Made by a program: the position numbers and the translations under genes. From the IMG/VR virus record IMGVR_UViG_3300030099_005838: DNA of 64,000 nucleotides; one strand, given 5' to 3'. Source of the stretch: a virus. This document shows positions 20,102-30,220 of this stretch, one piece after another. The notes beneath the pieces were generated by a model. The model did not search any database. It worked only from the letters and a program-made list of their open reading frames with translations, and was not told the origin of the DNA. Numbering within the stretch: the first letter of the stretch is position 1; each line of letters opens with the position of its first letter.

Positions 20102-20559
20102 GAGACCAAACAACTTGGAATAAAATTCGGCCCGGTGATATCATATCATTTAGATATCCAACCAATGGTGTGCTTAAACTCAATACTATCTTAGTTTTTG
20201 CAATTAAAGCACCTGTACAAACTAAATCTGGTTCGAAAAAGCATTTGAGAGGTATGAAGATAGAAGAAAGAAACAGACCTTTTATTACACCAACTTGGAT
20301 TAGAGAGGTTACTAAGGTTGGAAATTTATCACTTATAAAAAAGACATCAAATACAGAAGCGATATTGAAATTATCAGTAGGTAGCTATCAGATAGGTGAA
20401 AGAACTGATGATACAGAGTTTACTAAACTAAGGGGTTTTTTATCTAAAACAAACTCTTATCGCACATATGATTTCGATATTGCGAGAAAATATCAAGTTT
20501 ACTTTGAACCCGTACAGGTTCCGGCTTCTATATTGAAGGAGTTAGCTGGTGAAGATTAG
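20098..20559 (+). CDS. hypothetical protein
   Basis: ORF with coupled start/stop overlaps. Confidence 0.55.
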   Translation: MRDQTTWNKIRPGDIISFRYPTNGVLKLNTILVFAIKAPVQTKSGSKKHLRGMKIEERNRPFITPTWIREVTKVGNLSLIKKTSNTEAILKLSVGSYQIGERTDDTEFTKLRGFLSKTNSYRTYDFDIARKYQVYFEPVQVPASILKELAGED

Positions 20560-22138
20560 TTACGGTATTACAGTTCATAATGAAGCTGACGAACTGAATA
20601 AGTTATTAGAAATATTAGTACATAAAACAGATAAAGAGGATGAGATAGTAATTTGTGTAGATGGTGAAGACGACGCGGTGAGATTTGTTCTTGATAGTTG
20701 TACACAGAAATATTCTAAGGATAAATTAATCAAGGTTTACCAAAGAAAGTTAGACAAAAATTTTGCAGAACATAAGAATTCAGTTATAGAAAATTCAACA
20801 GGTGATTATATTTTTCACATTGATGCGGATGAATATCCCCATGAAATATTACTACAACAACTAAAACAAATATTGAAAATGAATGACGTTGATTTAGTAT
20901 GGATACCTCGCGTGAATACCGTTGAAGGAATGACGCAACAAGATATACAAAAGTGGGGGTGGAGAATATCAGAAAAGAATTGGGTAAACTATCCTGATTA
21001 TCAAAGTAGGGTGTTTCGTAATCATAAAGATATTAGATGGACTAGACCATTACATGAACATATCGTTGGGGTAAAGACATATGCTCATCTACCACCACAT
21101 GAAGAGTTGAGTCTGTATCATCCAAAAACTATACAGAAACAAACTGAACAAAATATGTTTTACAATCAGAACTTCAGTAGCGATATGAATGTTAGGAATG
21201 GTGTAAAAAAAAACTTTGAACCGATTTCATTAGAATACTTTCTTAGTATGGAGGTTGCGAGTGGTGGCCCTTCTAAGGTAATACTGAACCGATATGACAA
21301 ACTCAAAACTGTAAAAGATGTTATTGAGTTTTATTCGAATAAAGATAATATAAAATTAGTAGAAAAAGAATTGAAACCAAATAACTGGCAGTATTTTAAT
21401 TGTATGCTAGCGGAGTTCAGACATAATGTCGCTGACCATCATCAGTTGGGTTGGGAAAACATGACTAAAGAATATTATGAATCACTTGACTTAATGACAG
21501 ATGAAGAGATAGAGGTATTCAACAAAACCAATCCAGTTGAGTTTGACAATGGTTTAATGAAGCATGGTTACCATAGAGGTTACGCTATGATTGGTAGATT
21601 AGTCGCAGGTAAACCTTACATACCATTGTATATGGAAAAAGAGAAGATATATAATATACCTTGGAAAAATGATAATAAGATTAGAATCAATAATCCTATA
21701 TATAATATCAGATGTCTCAACGAACTTAATGACTTGGATAAAAATGAATATTGTTTAACTCAATCTAGTATATTGTCATTGATGGGATTAAGACAAAATA
21801 ATGATGTTGATATTATTATCAGCTCTAAGTTGAGAAGTCGGTTAGGAATTGGCAATCAGTATGTGAAGAGGGGTAATATAGAAATATTCTCACCTAACTA
21901 CGATAAGTTTATGATTAATGGTGTCAAGAATGATGATGACTTAATCGAAAATTTTACATTCAAATTTGAAGGATATAAATTTTTAGAGCCAAGATTTTAT
22001 TTCAGTAGGAAACATAGGAACGATGAAAAAAATAGAAATGATTGGGAAGGTATAAGAAGGTTTTACAAAATGGAAACTTACAGAGGCTATCCATTTTCTA
22101 ATTGTAACATAGATAAATGGGGGTTTGAGTATCTATGA
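20549..22138 (+). CDS. GT2 glycosyltransferase fused to additional C-terminal domains
   Basis: ISYGITVHNE, HIDADE and PDYQSR motifs; C-terminal region has GLRQNNDVDIII (nucleotidyltransferase-like). Confidence 0.7.
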   Translation: MKISYGITVHNEADELNKLLEILVHKTDKEDEIVICVDGEDDAVRFVLDSCTQKYSKDKLIKVYQRKLDKNFAEHKNSVIENSTGDYIFHIDADEYPHEILLQQLKQILKMNDVDLVWIPRVNTVEGMTQQDIQKWGWRISEKNWVNYPDYQSRVFRNHKDIRWTRPLHEHIVGVKTYAHLPPHEELSLYHPKTIQKQTEQNMFYNQNFSSDMNVRNGVKKNFEPISLEYFLSMEVASGGPSKVILNRYDKLKTVKDVIEFYSNKDNIKLVEKELKPNNWQYFNCMLAEFRHNVADHHQLGWENMTKEYYESLDLMTDEEIEVFNKTNPVEFDNGLMKHGYHRGYAMIGRLVAGKPYIPLYMEKEKIYNIPWKNDNKIRINNPIYNIRCLNELNDLDKNEYCLTQSSILSLMGLRQNNDVDIIISSKLRSRLGIGNQYVKRGNIEIFSPNYDKFMINGVKNDDDLIENFTFKFEGYKFLEPRFYFSRKHRNDEKNRNDWEGIRRFYKMETYRGYPFSNCNIDKWGFEYL

Positions 22139-23703
22139 TAATATCACATAAACATAAGTTTATATTTATGAAAACCAGAAAGACAGCTGGTACAAGTATT
22201 CAAACTGCATTAACAGATATTTGTGGGCCTGATGATATTATATCCTCTGATATAGATACAGTTGGTAGAAACGAGAATAAATCTTGTTGGGATGGCCATC
22301 CACATCCACATCTTTGGGATGTAAGGAATTTGGTTGGTGAGGAGATATTTAACAGTTACTTCAAATTTGCATTCATAAGAAATCCATTCGATGTGACAGT
22401 TTCAAGATTCTTTTGGAATATTAAAGGTAAAGGGCAGAAAGGTTATGAATTAACAAAAGATGGATTCAACAAATGGATTGATAAATATACATCTCAATTT
22501 ATCTTTCATAAAGCCGAATACTTTCCTATTAACTTAGCATATCCTTTTTTGTATAGTCACAATTTTGTCAATCCAAACACATTCGAAAGAATAGGTCCTG
22601 ATATCAGAGAATTAGCATTTGATGTTGATTTTGTTGGTAGGTTTGAAAACTTAATCGATGATTTTGATTATGTGTGTGAAAGGTTGGGTTTAGGAAAGAT
22701 AAGTTTACCACAAAAGAAAACAGGTATGAGAGACAAAAGAGATTTCAGAGAAATGTATACTGATGAGTCTATGAAAAAAGTTGAGAATGTATTTGCAGAA
22801 GACTTACTAACTTTAGGATATTCATTTCAACAAGACCTAACCCTAAGTAAAAGAAGTGTTTTGATTGACAGAAACATATTTAAAGATTCAGACATAAATA
22901 TTAATGGTGCTAGTATAATCAAAGTACCAGATTGGTTGGAAAATCCATTAGGTAAATATTACCTATATTTTGCAAGTCATACAGGAAAGTACATTAGACT
23001 AGCATATTCGGATAACCTGATGGGTCCTTACTCTATCTATAGAGGTGGTAGCCTAAATATTAGTCAAACAAATTGTAAGAGTCATATCGCTAGTCCTGAT
23101 GTACATATAGATGGTGACAAAATATTAATGTACTATCACGGAGATTTAGAGAATGGACAAAAATCATTTCTATCTACATCCACAGATGGTATAAATTTTA
23201 AAACCGATAATAAGGTTTTAGGAGAGTTTTACTTTAGAGTATTTAAGTATAAAGATAAAGTATATTCTATTGCAAAAAATAAAAATGAGGATTCGGTGAT
23301 ATACCAATCAGATTCTTACAATGGTGAGTTTAAAAGAATATTTAATATATTACCTAACTCAAGACATACTGCCGTTCATCTAAAAGATGATTACCTCTAC
23401 ATATTTTATACAGTTGTAAAGGATGCACCTGAATCAATATACTATTGTAAACTAAAACTCTCAGAAAGTATAGAAGATTGGAAAGTAATTTCTAATAATC
23501 GTTTAACAATACCTCAATACAGATATGAAGGTGGTGGCTCTCAGATAATGCCAAGTAATTTTGGTTCAGCTACATTAAGATATGGTAATATACCATTAAA
23601 TGAATTGAGAGATCCATGTATTTTTGAAGATGATGATTTGTATTTGTTGTATACCTTTAGTGGGGAAGCAGGTATAGCTATAGGAAAATTAAATTATGAA
23701 TAA
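22135..23703 (+). CDS. sulfotransferase family 2 domain fused to a GH43-like beta-propeller
   Basis: IFMKTRKTAGTSI, FIRNPFD and VGRFENL; C-terminal half has YYLYFA, ASPDV and LRDP. Confidence 0.7.
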   Translation: MIISHKHKFIFMKTRKTAGTSIQTALTDICGPDDIISSDIDTVGRNENKSCWDGHPHPHLWDVRNLVGEEIFNSYFKFAFIRNPFDVTVSRFFWNIKGKGQKGYELTKDGFNKWIDKYTSQFIFHKAEYFPINLAYPFLYSHNFVNPNTFERIGPDIRELAFDVDFVGRFENLIDDFDYVCERLGLGKISLPQKKTGMRDKRDFREMYTDESMKKVENVFAEDLLTLGYSFQQDLTLSKRSVLIDRNIFKDSDININGASIIKVPDWLENPLGKYYLYFASHTGKYIRLAYSDNLMGPYSIYRGGSLNISQTNCKSHIASPDVHIDGDKILMYYHGDLENGQKSFLSTSTDGINFKTDNKVLGEFYFRVFKYKDKVYSIAKNKNEDSVIYQSDSYNGEFKRIFNILPNSRHTAVHLKDDYLYIFYTVVKDAPESIYYCKLKLSESIEDWKVISNNRLTIPQYRYEGGGSQIMPSNFGSATLRYGNIPLNELRDPCIFEDDDLYLLYTFSGEAGIAIGKLNYE

Positions 23704-24475
23704 TGTAGTGTTTCAGGTGAATATCAAAGGACATAGAGTTAAAAAAGAGTTTGAATACTCTACTAAATCTTGGGCAAATTGGTGTAAGAAGAATGATTAC
23801 TCTCACTTTGTCTTAGAAGAACCAATACAAAACTTAGAATATATGAATGCAAACTGGCATAAGTTCTATGTTTTAAGTATGTTAGAAAATGAAGGTATAG
23901 ACTACGAAAGTGTTTGTATTGTTGATGCAGATACAATAGTTCATCCAGATTGTCCTGATTTTTTCAAAATGGTTGGTGATAGATTTGGAGTCGTACAAAG
24001 TGATGGTTGTTATGAGTGGGTGAATCGTAGTATTAAAAAATATGGACAATATTTGTTTCCCGATATTGAATTAAGAACTTGGGAGTATTTCAATAGTGGG
24101 TTTATGGTATTAAATAAAAAACATTCAAAATTTTGTGAAGAGGTTTACAAGTTCTACCATAGTAATAGGGATAAACTAATATATGCTCAAAAGAATTTTT
24201 TAGTTGGAACAGACCAAACTCCCATAAATTTTTTGACGAGAAAATTGAATATCGATTTGAAATGGTTACCAAATGCATACAATCTACATGACCCGTATAG
24301 AAAAGGTTTATTATGTATAAAGAATATTAATTGGTTATTCGATCATGTACCTGATAGATTAGACGATTTATTTAACTCAGGTTGGGTTTATCACTTCAAT
24401 GCAGTACCACAAAATCCTATGGGTAGAGATGCTGGTTATTGGATGAAGAGAACATTTGAGGAGTTATACAAATGA
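23696..24475 (+). CDS. GT8-like glycosyltransferase
   Basis: VDAD, YFNSG, DQT...N and HFN motifs. Confidence 0.7.
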   Translation: MNNVVFQVNIKGHRVKKEFEYSTKSWANWCKKNDYSHFVLEEPIQNLEYMNANWHKFYVLSMLENEGIDYESVCIVDADTIVHPDCPDFFKMVGDRFGVVQSDGCYEWVNRSIKKYGQYLFPDIELRTWEYFNSGFMVLNKKHSKFCEEVYKFYHSNRDKLIYAQKNFLVGTDQTPINFLTRKLNIDLKWLPNAYNLHDPYRKGLLCIKNINWLFDHVPDRLDDLFNSGWVYHFNAVPQNPMGRDAGYWMKRTFEELYK

Positions 24476-25383
24476 AAGTTGTATTTTTTTCAGAAAGTCA
24501 AATCAGAGGTAAAGTTCCAAGAACATTTGAGAATGCTAGAACAGAATATGCTTGGTCTATTGCATTAGATGCAGAGTGGTGTCCGATAGGAGAAGAACCA
24601 TTAGGTAAGTATGATTTAGGTATTGTAATTATACCAAAAAACAATCCAAATATTGATATTACTAAACTTAGAAAGTGGTGCGGTAAAATAGCAGTAATGC
24701 AAGAAGGTCCAAATTGGTATTTCCAGGATTATACTATTGATAAACAATTTCATTACTACAATACATTGATGAGTGCTGATTGTGTTTATTGTCACAATGA
24801 AAGTGATGTAGATTACTATTTTGGATTAGGATGTAAAGATGTAAGAGTGATGAGAAGTTTGATGATTACTGATGGTTTAGTTCCACGAAGTGAGTGTGGA
24901 AATGGAACAATTATTGGTGGTAATTTTGTAAGTTGGTATGGTGGTTTTGATTCATATATAGTGGCTAGGAGAATAGGTAATTCCATTTGGGCACCATCTA
25001 TGGGTAGGAAACAAGAGCAAGAAGACATGATAGAAGATATTAACTATATGTCATATATGAGTTGGAGAGATTGGATTACAGCACTTGGTCAGTTTAACAT
25101 TGGAATTCATTTGATGAGAACACATGCCGCAGGAACATTTGCAATGAATTGTGCATTTCATGAGATACCTTGTATTGGTTACAAAGGATTAGATACACAG
25201 GAAATATTACATCCACTTACTACAGTAGATGTTGGAGACCTAAAAACTGCAAATGGAATTGCTAAAAAACTTAGAGATGATGAAAAATTCTATAAACTAT
25301 GTAGTCATACAATTAGAAAAAGATTTAAAGGATATTATACAGAAGACGCTTGGAAGGAAAATTGGAAGGTTACAAACAAATGA
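24472..25383 (+). CDS. putative glycosyltransferase (GT-B-like)
   Basis: GTFAMNCAFHEIPCIG motif; cluster context. Confidence 0.5.
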   Translation: MKVVFFSESQIRGKVPRTFENARTEYAWSIALDAEWCPIGEEPLGKYDLGIVIIPKNNPNIDITKLRKWCGKIAVMQEGPNWYFQDYTIDKQFHYYNTLMSADCVYCHNESDVDYYFGLGCKDVRVMRSLMITDGLVPRSECGNGTIIGGNFVSWYGGFDSYIVARRIGNSIWAPSMGRKQEQEDMIEDINYMSYMSWRDWITALGQFNIGIHLMRTHAAGTFAMNCAFHEIPCIGYKGLDTQEILHPLTTVDVGDLKTANGIAKKLRDDEKFYKLCSHTIRKRFKGYYTEDAWKENWKVTNK

Positions 25384-26312
25384 AAGTTTTCTTCCGAATA
25401 ACTAACAATCAAATATACCCTATCGAAAGAGAACATTTGGGTTTTTCATCTAAAAATCCAGCTTACATACCAGATGATTATTTAGACAAAAAAGAATTTG
25501 TGATTATGAGAACTTGTCACGGTATAGGTGATTGGTGTATTATATCGGCGATACCAAGACTACTTAAACAAAAGTATTCTGATTGTAAAATCTATATACC
25601 TTCTAGTAAAATGTTGAAAGGTATGTTCGGTGGTATGTTAAATAATTGGGGATATGGCACATTTGATGCGAGTACAATTTCCAAAGTTGTATTCGAAAAT
25701 AACCCCTATGTTGATGCATTTATAGATGAATATTATGGTGAGATATTTCATGACCACTACAAAATATTTGATAACGATAATGATGAGATACCTCTTACTG
25801 AACAAATGATGAGATTTTGGCAGTTAAAAGATAGTGAGATGGTTGATACGACACCAGACTTTTATCCAACAAAAAAAGAAGAAGAATTCAAAATAAAATT
25901 TAATTTAGAACATAAGTTAGATAATTATTCTTATATATCAGTTTCATCTACATTTGAAACTACATCTAATGCTGAGTTGTTAATAAATAAAATAAAACAA
26001 AAAGATACCGATAATATGAAATGGTTATACTATGGTGAAGTTCCTCTCAAAGAATCCAAGTTAAGTTTTTTGAATGGAATCGAAATAAAGCCTATGAATC
26101 TAACCATAAGGGAACAACAGACTTTGAAGATAAATGCAAAATATAATTTTGGTAACGAAACTGGCATGAATCTTTGGACACCTAAATATTCCAAAACCTA
26201 TGTTATAGGAAATAAATCATATGGTCCGGTTCACGGTGGAAAGAATGAAGGTAAGCTAAGAAAGAGACCATTTAAAAGTGGAAATTTCATTAACAAAGTG
26301 GAGTATTTATGA
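25380..26312 (+). CDS. putative glycosyltransferase (GT9-like)
   Basis: HGIGDW and FENNPYVD resemble heptosyltransferase-like N-termini. Confidence 0.45.
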   Translation: MKVFFRITNNQIYPIEREHLGFSSKNPAYIPDDYLDKKEFVIMRTCHGIGDWCIISAIPRLLKQKYSDCKIYIPSSKMLKGMFGGMLNNWGYGTFDASTISKVVFENNPYVDAFIDEYYGEIFHDHYKIFDNDNDEIPLTEQMMRFWQLKDSEMVDTTPDFYPTKKEEEFKIKFNLEHKLDNYSYISVSSTFETTSNAELLINKIKQKDTDNMKWLYYGEVPLKESKLSFLNGIEIKPMNLTIREQQTLKINAKYNFGNETGMNLWTPKYSKTYVIGNKSYGPVHGGKNEGKLRKRPFKSGNFINKVEYL

Positions 26313-26617
26313 GATATTGTTTCGATATTGATGGGACTATATGTACAACAGATTGCGAGTATAAGGATGCTGAACCATATACAGAGGTTATTGAATGGAT
26401 AAATAAAAAATATGATGAGGGACATCATATACAACTCTACACATCAAGAGGAACTTCTTCAGGTATAGATTGGTTTGATTTTACATTGAAACAGATTGAA
26501 GGCTGGGGTGTAAAATATAATGGTTTGAAATTAGGTAAACCTGCTTATGACTTATTTGTAGATGATAGAGCGATGAACAATAAAGATTGGTATAAAAAAG
26601 AAGGAATCAAAATTTGA
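26309..26617 (+). CDS. HAD-family capsule biosynthesis phosphatase
   Basis: FDIDGT, YTSRG, GKP and VDDRA motifs. Confidence 0.8.
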   Translation: MRYCFDIDGTICTTDCEYKDAEPYTEVIEWINKKYDEGHHIQLYTSRGTSSGIDWFDFTLKQIEGWGVKYNGLKLGKPAYDLFVDDRAMNNKDWYKKEGIKI

Positions 26618-27567
26618 ACATATTGATTTCTTGTGCTGGTGGGCCAGCAGCTGTCGGTATAATCAAATCCGTAGCTGAATTCAATGATAGTACACACAAA
26701 GTTGTTGCAATAGATTGTGATGAACTTTCAGTTGGTTTTCATTTAGCAGATAAAAGTTATGTTGTTCCCTTTTCAGTTGAGGATGATTTTTGGAAGGAAG
26801 TTCTCAAAGTTATTAGATATGAGAAAATAGATTTAGTAATACCTACAGGTGATGCAGACATTGTTCACTTTTCCAAAAACAAAAATGTTTTAAGAAAAAT
26901 GGGTGTTACTGTTTTTATGTCAGACTATAAGACTATTAAGATTTGTCAAGATAAACTCCTGTTTTACAAATATCTCGTTAAGAATGGATTAGAAAGTCTT
27001 CTACCCAAAACATCAACAGATTACAGAAAAATTGATTTACCAATACTTTGTAAGCCAAAAAGAGGTAGTGGTAGCAGGGGTATAGAATTGTGGGAAACAG
27101 AGTCTCAAATAAAAGAGTTGGATAAAATAGAAAATCTACATTATAGTAGTGATTACATATTTCAAGAATACCTACCAGGTAATGAATACACAATCGATGT
27201 TTTATGTGATTTGAAAGGTGAGATACTATCTATAGTACCAAGGAAAAGACTACAGATAAAAGCTGGTATATCCTCTAAAGGTAAAATAATTAGAGACAAA
27301 ATCATAGAAGATAGTTGTAGAATACTGTGTAAAAAACTTGGAGTGAAAGGGCCTGTTTGTATTCAGATGAAAGAAGATATAAATGGTACGCCAAAGTTTG
27401 TGGAAATAAATCCACGTGTAGGTGGTGGTACTTATTTTGCTACTCTCGCAGGTGTTAACTTTATGAAAATAATTTTGGATATGATGAATAACGATGATAT
27501 TTATATAGAGGAGCCTAAAGAAATAACGGTTTTAAGGTATTACGAAGAGGTTGTAGTAAGTGAGTAA
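26614..27567 (+). CDS. ATP-grasp protein
   Basis: ICQDK, KPKRGSGSRG, QEYLPG.EYTID and EINPR.GGG motifs. Confidence 0.85.
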   Translation: MNILISCAGGPAAVGIIKSVAEFNDSTHKVVAIDCDELSVGFHLADKSYVVPFSVEDDFWKEVLKVIRYEKIDLVIPTGDADIVHFSKNKNVLRKMGVTVFMSDYKTIKICQDKLLFYKYLVKNGLESLLPKTSTDYRKIDLPILCKPKRGSGSRGIELWETESQIKELDKIENLHYSSDYIFQEYLPGNEYTIDVLCDLKGEILSIVPRKRLQIKAGISSKGKIIRDKIIEDSCRILCKKLGVKGPVCIQMKEDINGTPKFVEINPRVGGGTYFATLAGVNFMKIILDMMNNDDIYIEEPKEITVLRYYEEVVVSE

Positions 27568-28186
27568 ATTTTTGAATTTAGATAACGTTCTATGTTTATC
27601 ACCACATCCTGATGATGTGGAATATGGTATGTTAGGTAGCATAATTAAACATAAAGATACTAATTTTCACATAATGGTATTCTCAATTGGTGGTGATTTT
27701 GATGTTTCGTCTAATAAGAGTAGGCAAACTGAATGCCAGGTTATTTGGGATAAGTTAGACAATGTTACTGGTACTTTTTTATATGATACACACTTATCAG
27801 TATTAACAGAGGATGAGTTAGTAAACAAAGTAGACAATTTTAATCACAACACTCAAACCAAATGGGATGCAATATTCTGTCCACCTAAAGAAGACTCTCA
27901 TTTCGAACACAAAATGATTAATTCAATAGTACCAGCTTGTGTAAGAAGATTGGATTGTGGAATCATAGATTATAGAACACCAAGCACATTAGAAAATTGG
28001 ATACCTAATTTATATGTTGAGGTAGATATAGAAGAAAAGTCAGAGTTGTTAAAATCATTTGAATCACAATCAAACAAATCTTTTTTTAATAAAGGCCCTT
28101 TAGAAGTATTCCATACAAATTATAATTGTAAAAAAAGAGGGATAGATTTCGTAGAAACTTACAGAATAGAGAGACTATATGATTAA
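27560..28186 (+). CDS. PIG-L/LmbE family deacetylase
   Basis: SPHPDDVE and DSHFEH motifs. Confidence 0.8.
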   Translation: MSKFLNLDNVLCLSPHPDDVEYGMLGSIIKHKDTNFHIMVFSIGGDFDVSSNKSRQTECQVIWDKLDNVTGTFLYDTHLSVLTEDELVNKVDNFNHNTQTKWDAIFCPPKEDSHFEHKMINSIVPACVRRLDCGIIDYRTPSTLENWIPNLYVEVDIEEKSELLKSFESQSNKSFFNKGPLEVFHTNYNCKKRGIDFVETYRIERLYD

Positions 28187-29138
28187 CAAAAGAATTATGA
28201 TTATCGGTGGTACGGGAGCGTTAGGAAAACAACTTACTGAAAGATGGAAGGTAGGTAATGAGATACTAATATTTTCCAGAAACGAACACAAGCAAGAGGA
28301 AATGAAAAGAACGTATCCTGATGCACTATATCGTATAGGAGATGTAAAAGATAAAGAATCAATACTAAGAAGTATGTATGAATTCCAACCCAATATTATT
28401 GTTAATACCGCCGCACTTAAAACAGTTTGGGTTGCACAAGACAATCCATACGAATCAATACAGACTAATATCATAGGACATCAGTATCTAATAGATTGTG
28501 TTAGGGAATGTAGACATCAAATAGAGTCTCTAATGTTTATATCAACAGACAAAGCTTGTAGTCCTGTGAATGTGTATGGTATGAGTAAGAGTATAGCAGA
28601 ACAAATGTATGTAAACTTTGCAAAACAGCAATCGGATATCAAAGTTGCACTTTGTCGTTATGGTAATGTTTTAGATTCAACTGGTTCACTAATACCTGTT
28701 TTCAAAGATATGATTGAGAGAGGTGTTCAGAGTTTACCAATTACAAACTATGATATGACGAGGTTTTTGATAACTCTGAATGAGGCGATTGATTTGATTG
28801 AATGGTCGTATCAATCACCGGATTCACATGGAAAGATAATTGTTCCTAAATTACCATCTATGAAAATTGTAGATTTTGCTAGTGCCATTGCAACATCGAT
28901 GAGTGAATCAGGAATGAAATTTCATAAGATACCAATCAGAGATGGTGAAAAGCTTCACGAGGAGATGATAAGTTCCATAGAAATGCAGAGAGTAGAGGAT
29001 ACAGAGTCAGATAAATATCTGTCAATAGGTTACAAAAGAATTAATGAGGACTACAATCATAAACCTTTGAATTCTAAGTTTCATCTCATAGATAGTGATG
29101 AGGCGTTTATGTTTTTAGTTAATAAGGGAGTGTTATGA
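28179..29138 (+). CDS. UDP-GlcNAc 4,6-dehydratase (FnlA/CapE/PseB-like)
   Basis: GGTGALG, AALK, STDKA, YGMSK and RYGNV motifs. Confidence 0.85.
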   Translation: MINKRIMIIGGTGALGKQLTERWKVGNEILIFSRNEHKQEEMKRTYPDALYRIGDVKDKESILRSMYEFQPNIIVNTAALKTVWVAQDNPYESIQTNIIGHQYLIDCVRECRHQIESLMFISTDKACSPVNVYGMSKSIAEQMYVNFAKQQSDIKVALCRYGNVLDSTGSLIPVFKDMIERGVQSLPITNYDMTRFLITLNEAIDLIEWSYQSPDSHGKIIVPKLPSMKIVDFASAIATSMSESGMKFHKIPIRDGEKLHEEMISSIEMQRVEDTESDKYLSIGYKRINEDYNHKPLNSKFHLIDSDEAFMFLVNKGVL

Positions 29139-30220
29139 AAGTAGGTATTACGGGCTCTAACGGTTTCATAGGATATCACCTATGGGTTCATCTAAAATAT
29201 TTAACTAAACCGATTGATAATTTAGAAGTAATTAGATTAAGTAGAGATTTAAAAGAAGTCAGTAAGTGTGATTTAGTGGTTCATTTAGCAGAAAAAAATA
29301 GAGGTGATGAAGATGAGATATATCATAATAATATATCATCTGCTAGTACATTAGCATCTGTAATGAATGGCAATCAACGAATATTATATGCTTCCTCAAT
29401 ACATGAAGATGATGATTCAGTATTCGGTAGATATAGAAAAGAAAATAAGAAGATGTTTAAGAGTTGGGCAAAATCTACTGGTGGTTCATTTTCATCATTG
29501 AGAATACCCAATGTCTTTGGCCCATTCTGTAAACCAAATTATAACTCTTTTATTGCAACATTCTGTCACAAACTAATAAACAATGAGGAGATACAGGCTA
29601 ACTCTAATGAGGTTGATTTGGTGTATGTTCAAAACTTATGTAAGCAAATTGTAGAAATCATAAGGGGAAAAGGTAATGAGGAAAGTTACACCATAGAATC
29701 AGATGTTAGATATAGTGTTCAGTATGTTTTAACTAAACTTTCTATGTTCAAAAAAAGATATGTTGATAATAATGTAATACCAGACATACATAAACCATAT
29801 AATACATTTGAATTAGATTTATTCAACACATTTAGGTCACATCTAACCAACAGATTAGTCACTATGGATAGTAATTCAGATGATAGGGGATACTTATCTG
29901 AAACTATAAAAACTGATGCGGGTGGACAATCATTCTTTTCAACCACTAAACCAGGTTACATCAGAGGACAACATTTTCATATGAGAAAATTGGAAAGATT
30001 TTGTGTTCTGAAAGGTAACGCTGATATAAATCTGAGGAAGATTGGAACGGATGAAATAATAACTTACAAAGTCTCAGGTGATAAAACACAGTATATAGAT
30101 ATGCCATTATTTTACACCCATAATATCACACCAGCTGATGAAAAGGAAATAATAACGTTGTTTTGGACTAATGAATTGTTAGACAAAAACGATACAGATA
30201 CTTATTGGGAAGATGTATAA
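29135..30220 (+). CDS. FnlB/CapF-like SDR plus cupin bifunctional enzyme
   Basis: GSNGFIG, PNVFG..CKPNYNS, DDRG, RGQHFH..K.ERF and THNI motifs. Confidence 0.85.
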   Translation: MKVGITGSNGFIGYHLWVHLKYLTKPIDNLEVIRLSRDLKEVSKCDLVVHLAEKNRGDEDEIYHNNISSASTLASVMNGNQRILYASSIHEDDDSVFGRYRKENKKMFKSWAKSTGGSFSSLRIPNVFGPFCKPNYNSFIATFCHKLINNEEIQANSNEVDLVYVQNLCKQIVEIIRGKGNEESYTIESDVRYSVQYVLTKLSMFKKRYVDNNVIPDIHKPYNTFELDLFNTFRSHLTNRLVTMDSNSDDRGYLSETIKTDAGGQSFFSTTKPGYIRGQHFHMRKLERFCVLKGNADINLRKIGTDEIITYKVSGDKTQYIDMPLFYTHNITPADEKEIITLFWTNELLDKNDTDTYWEDV

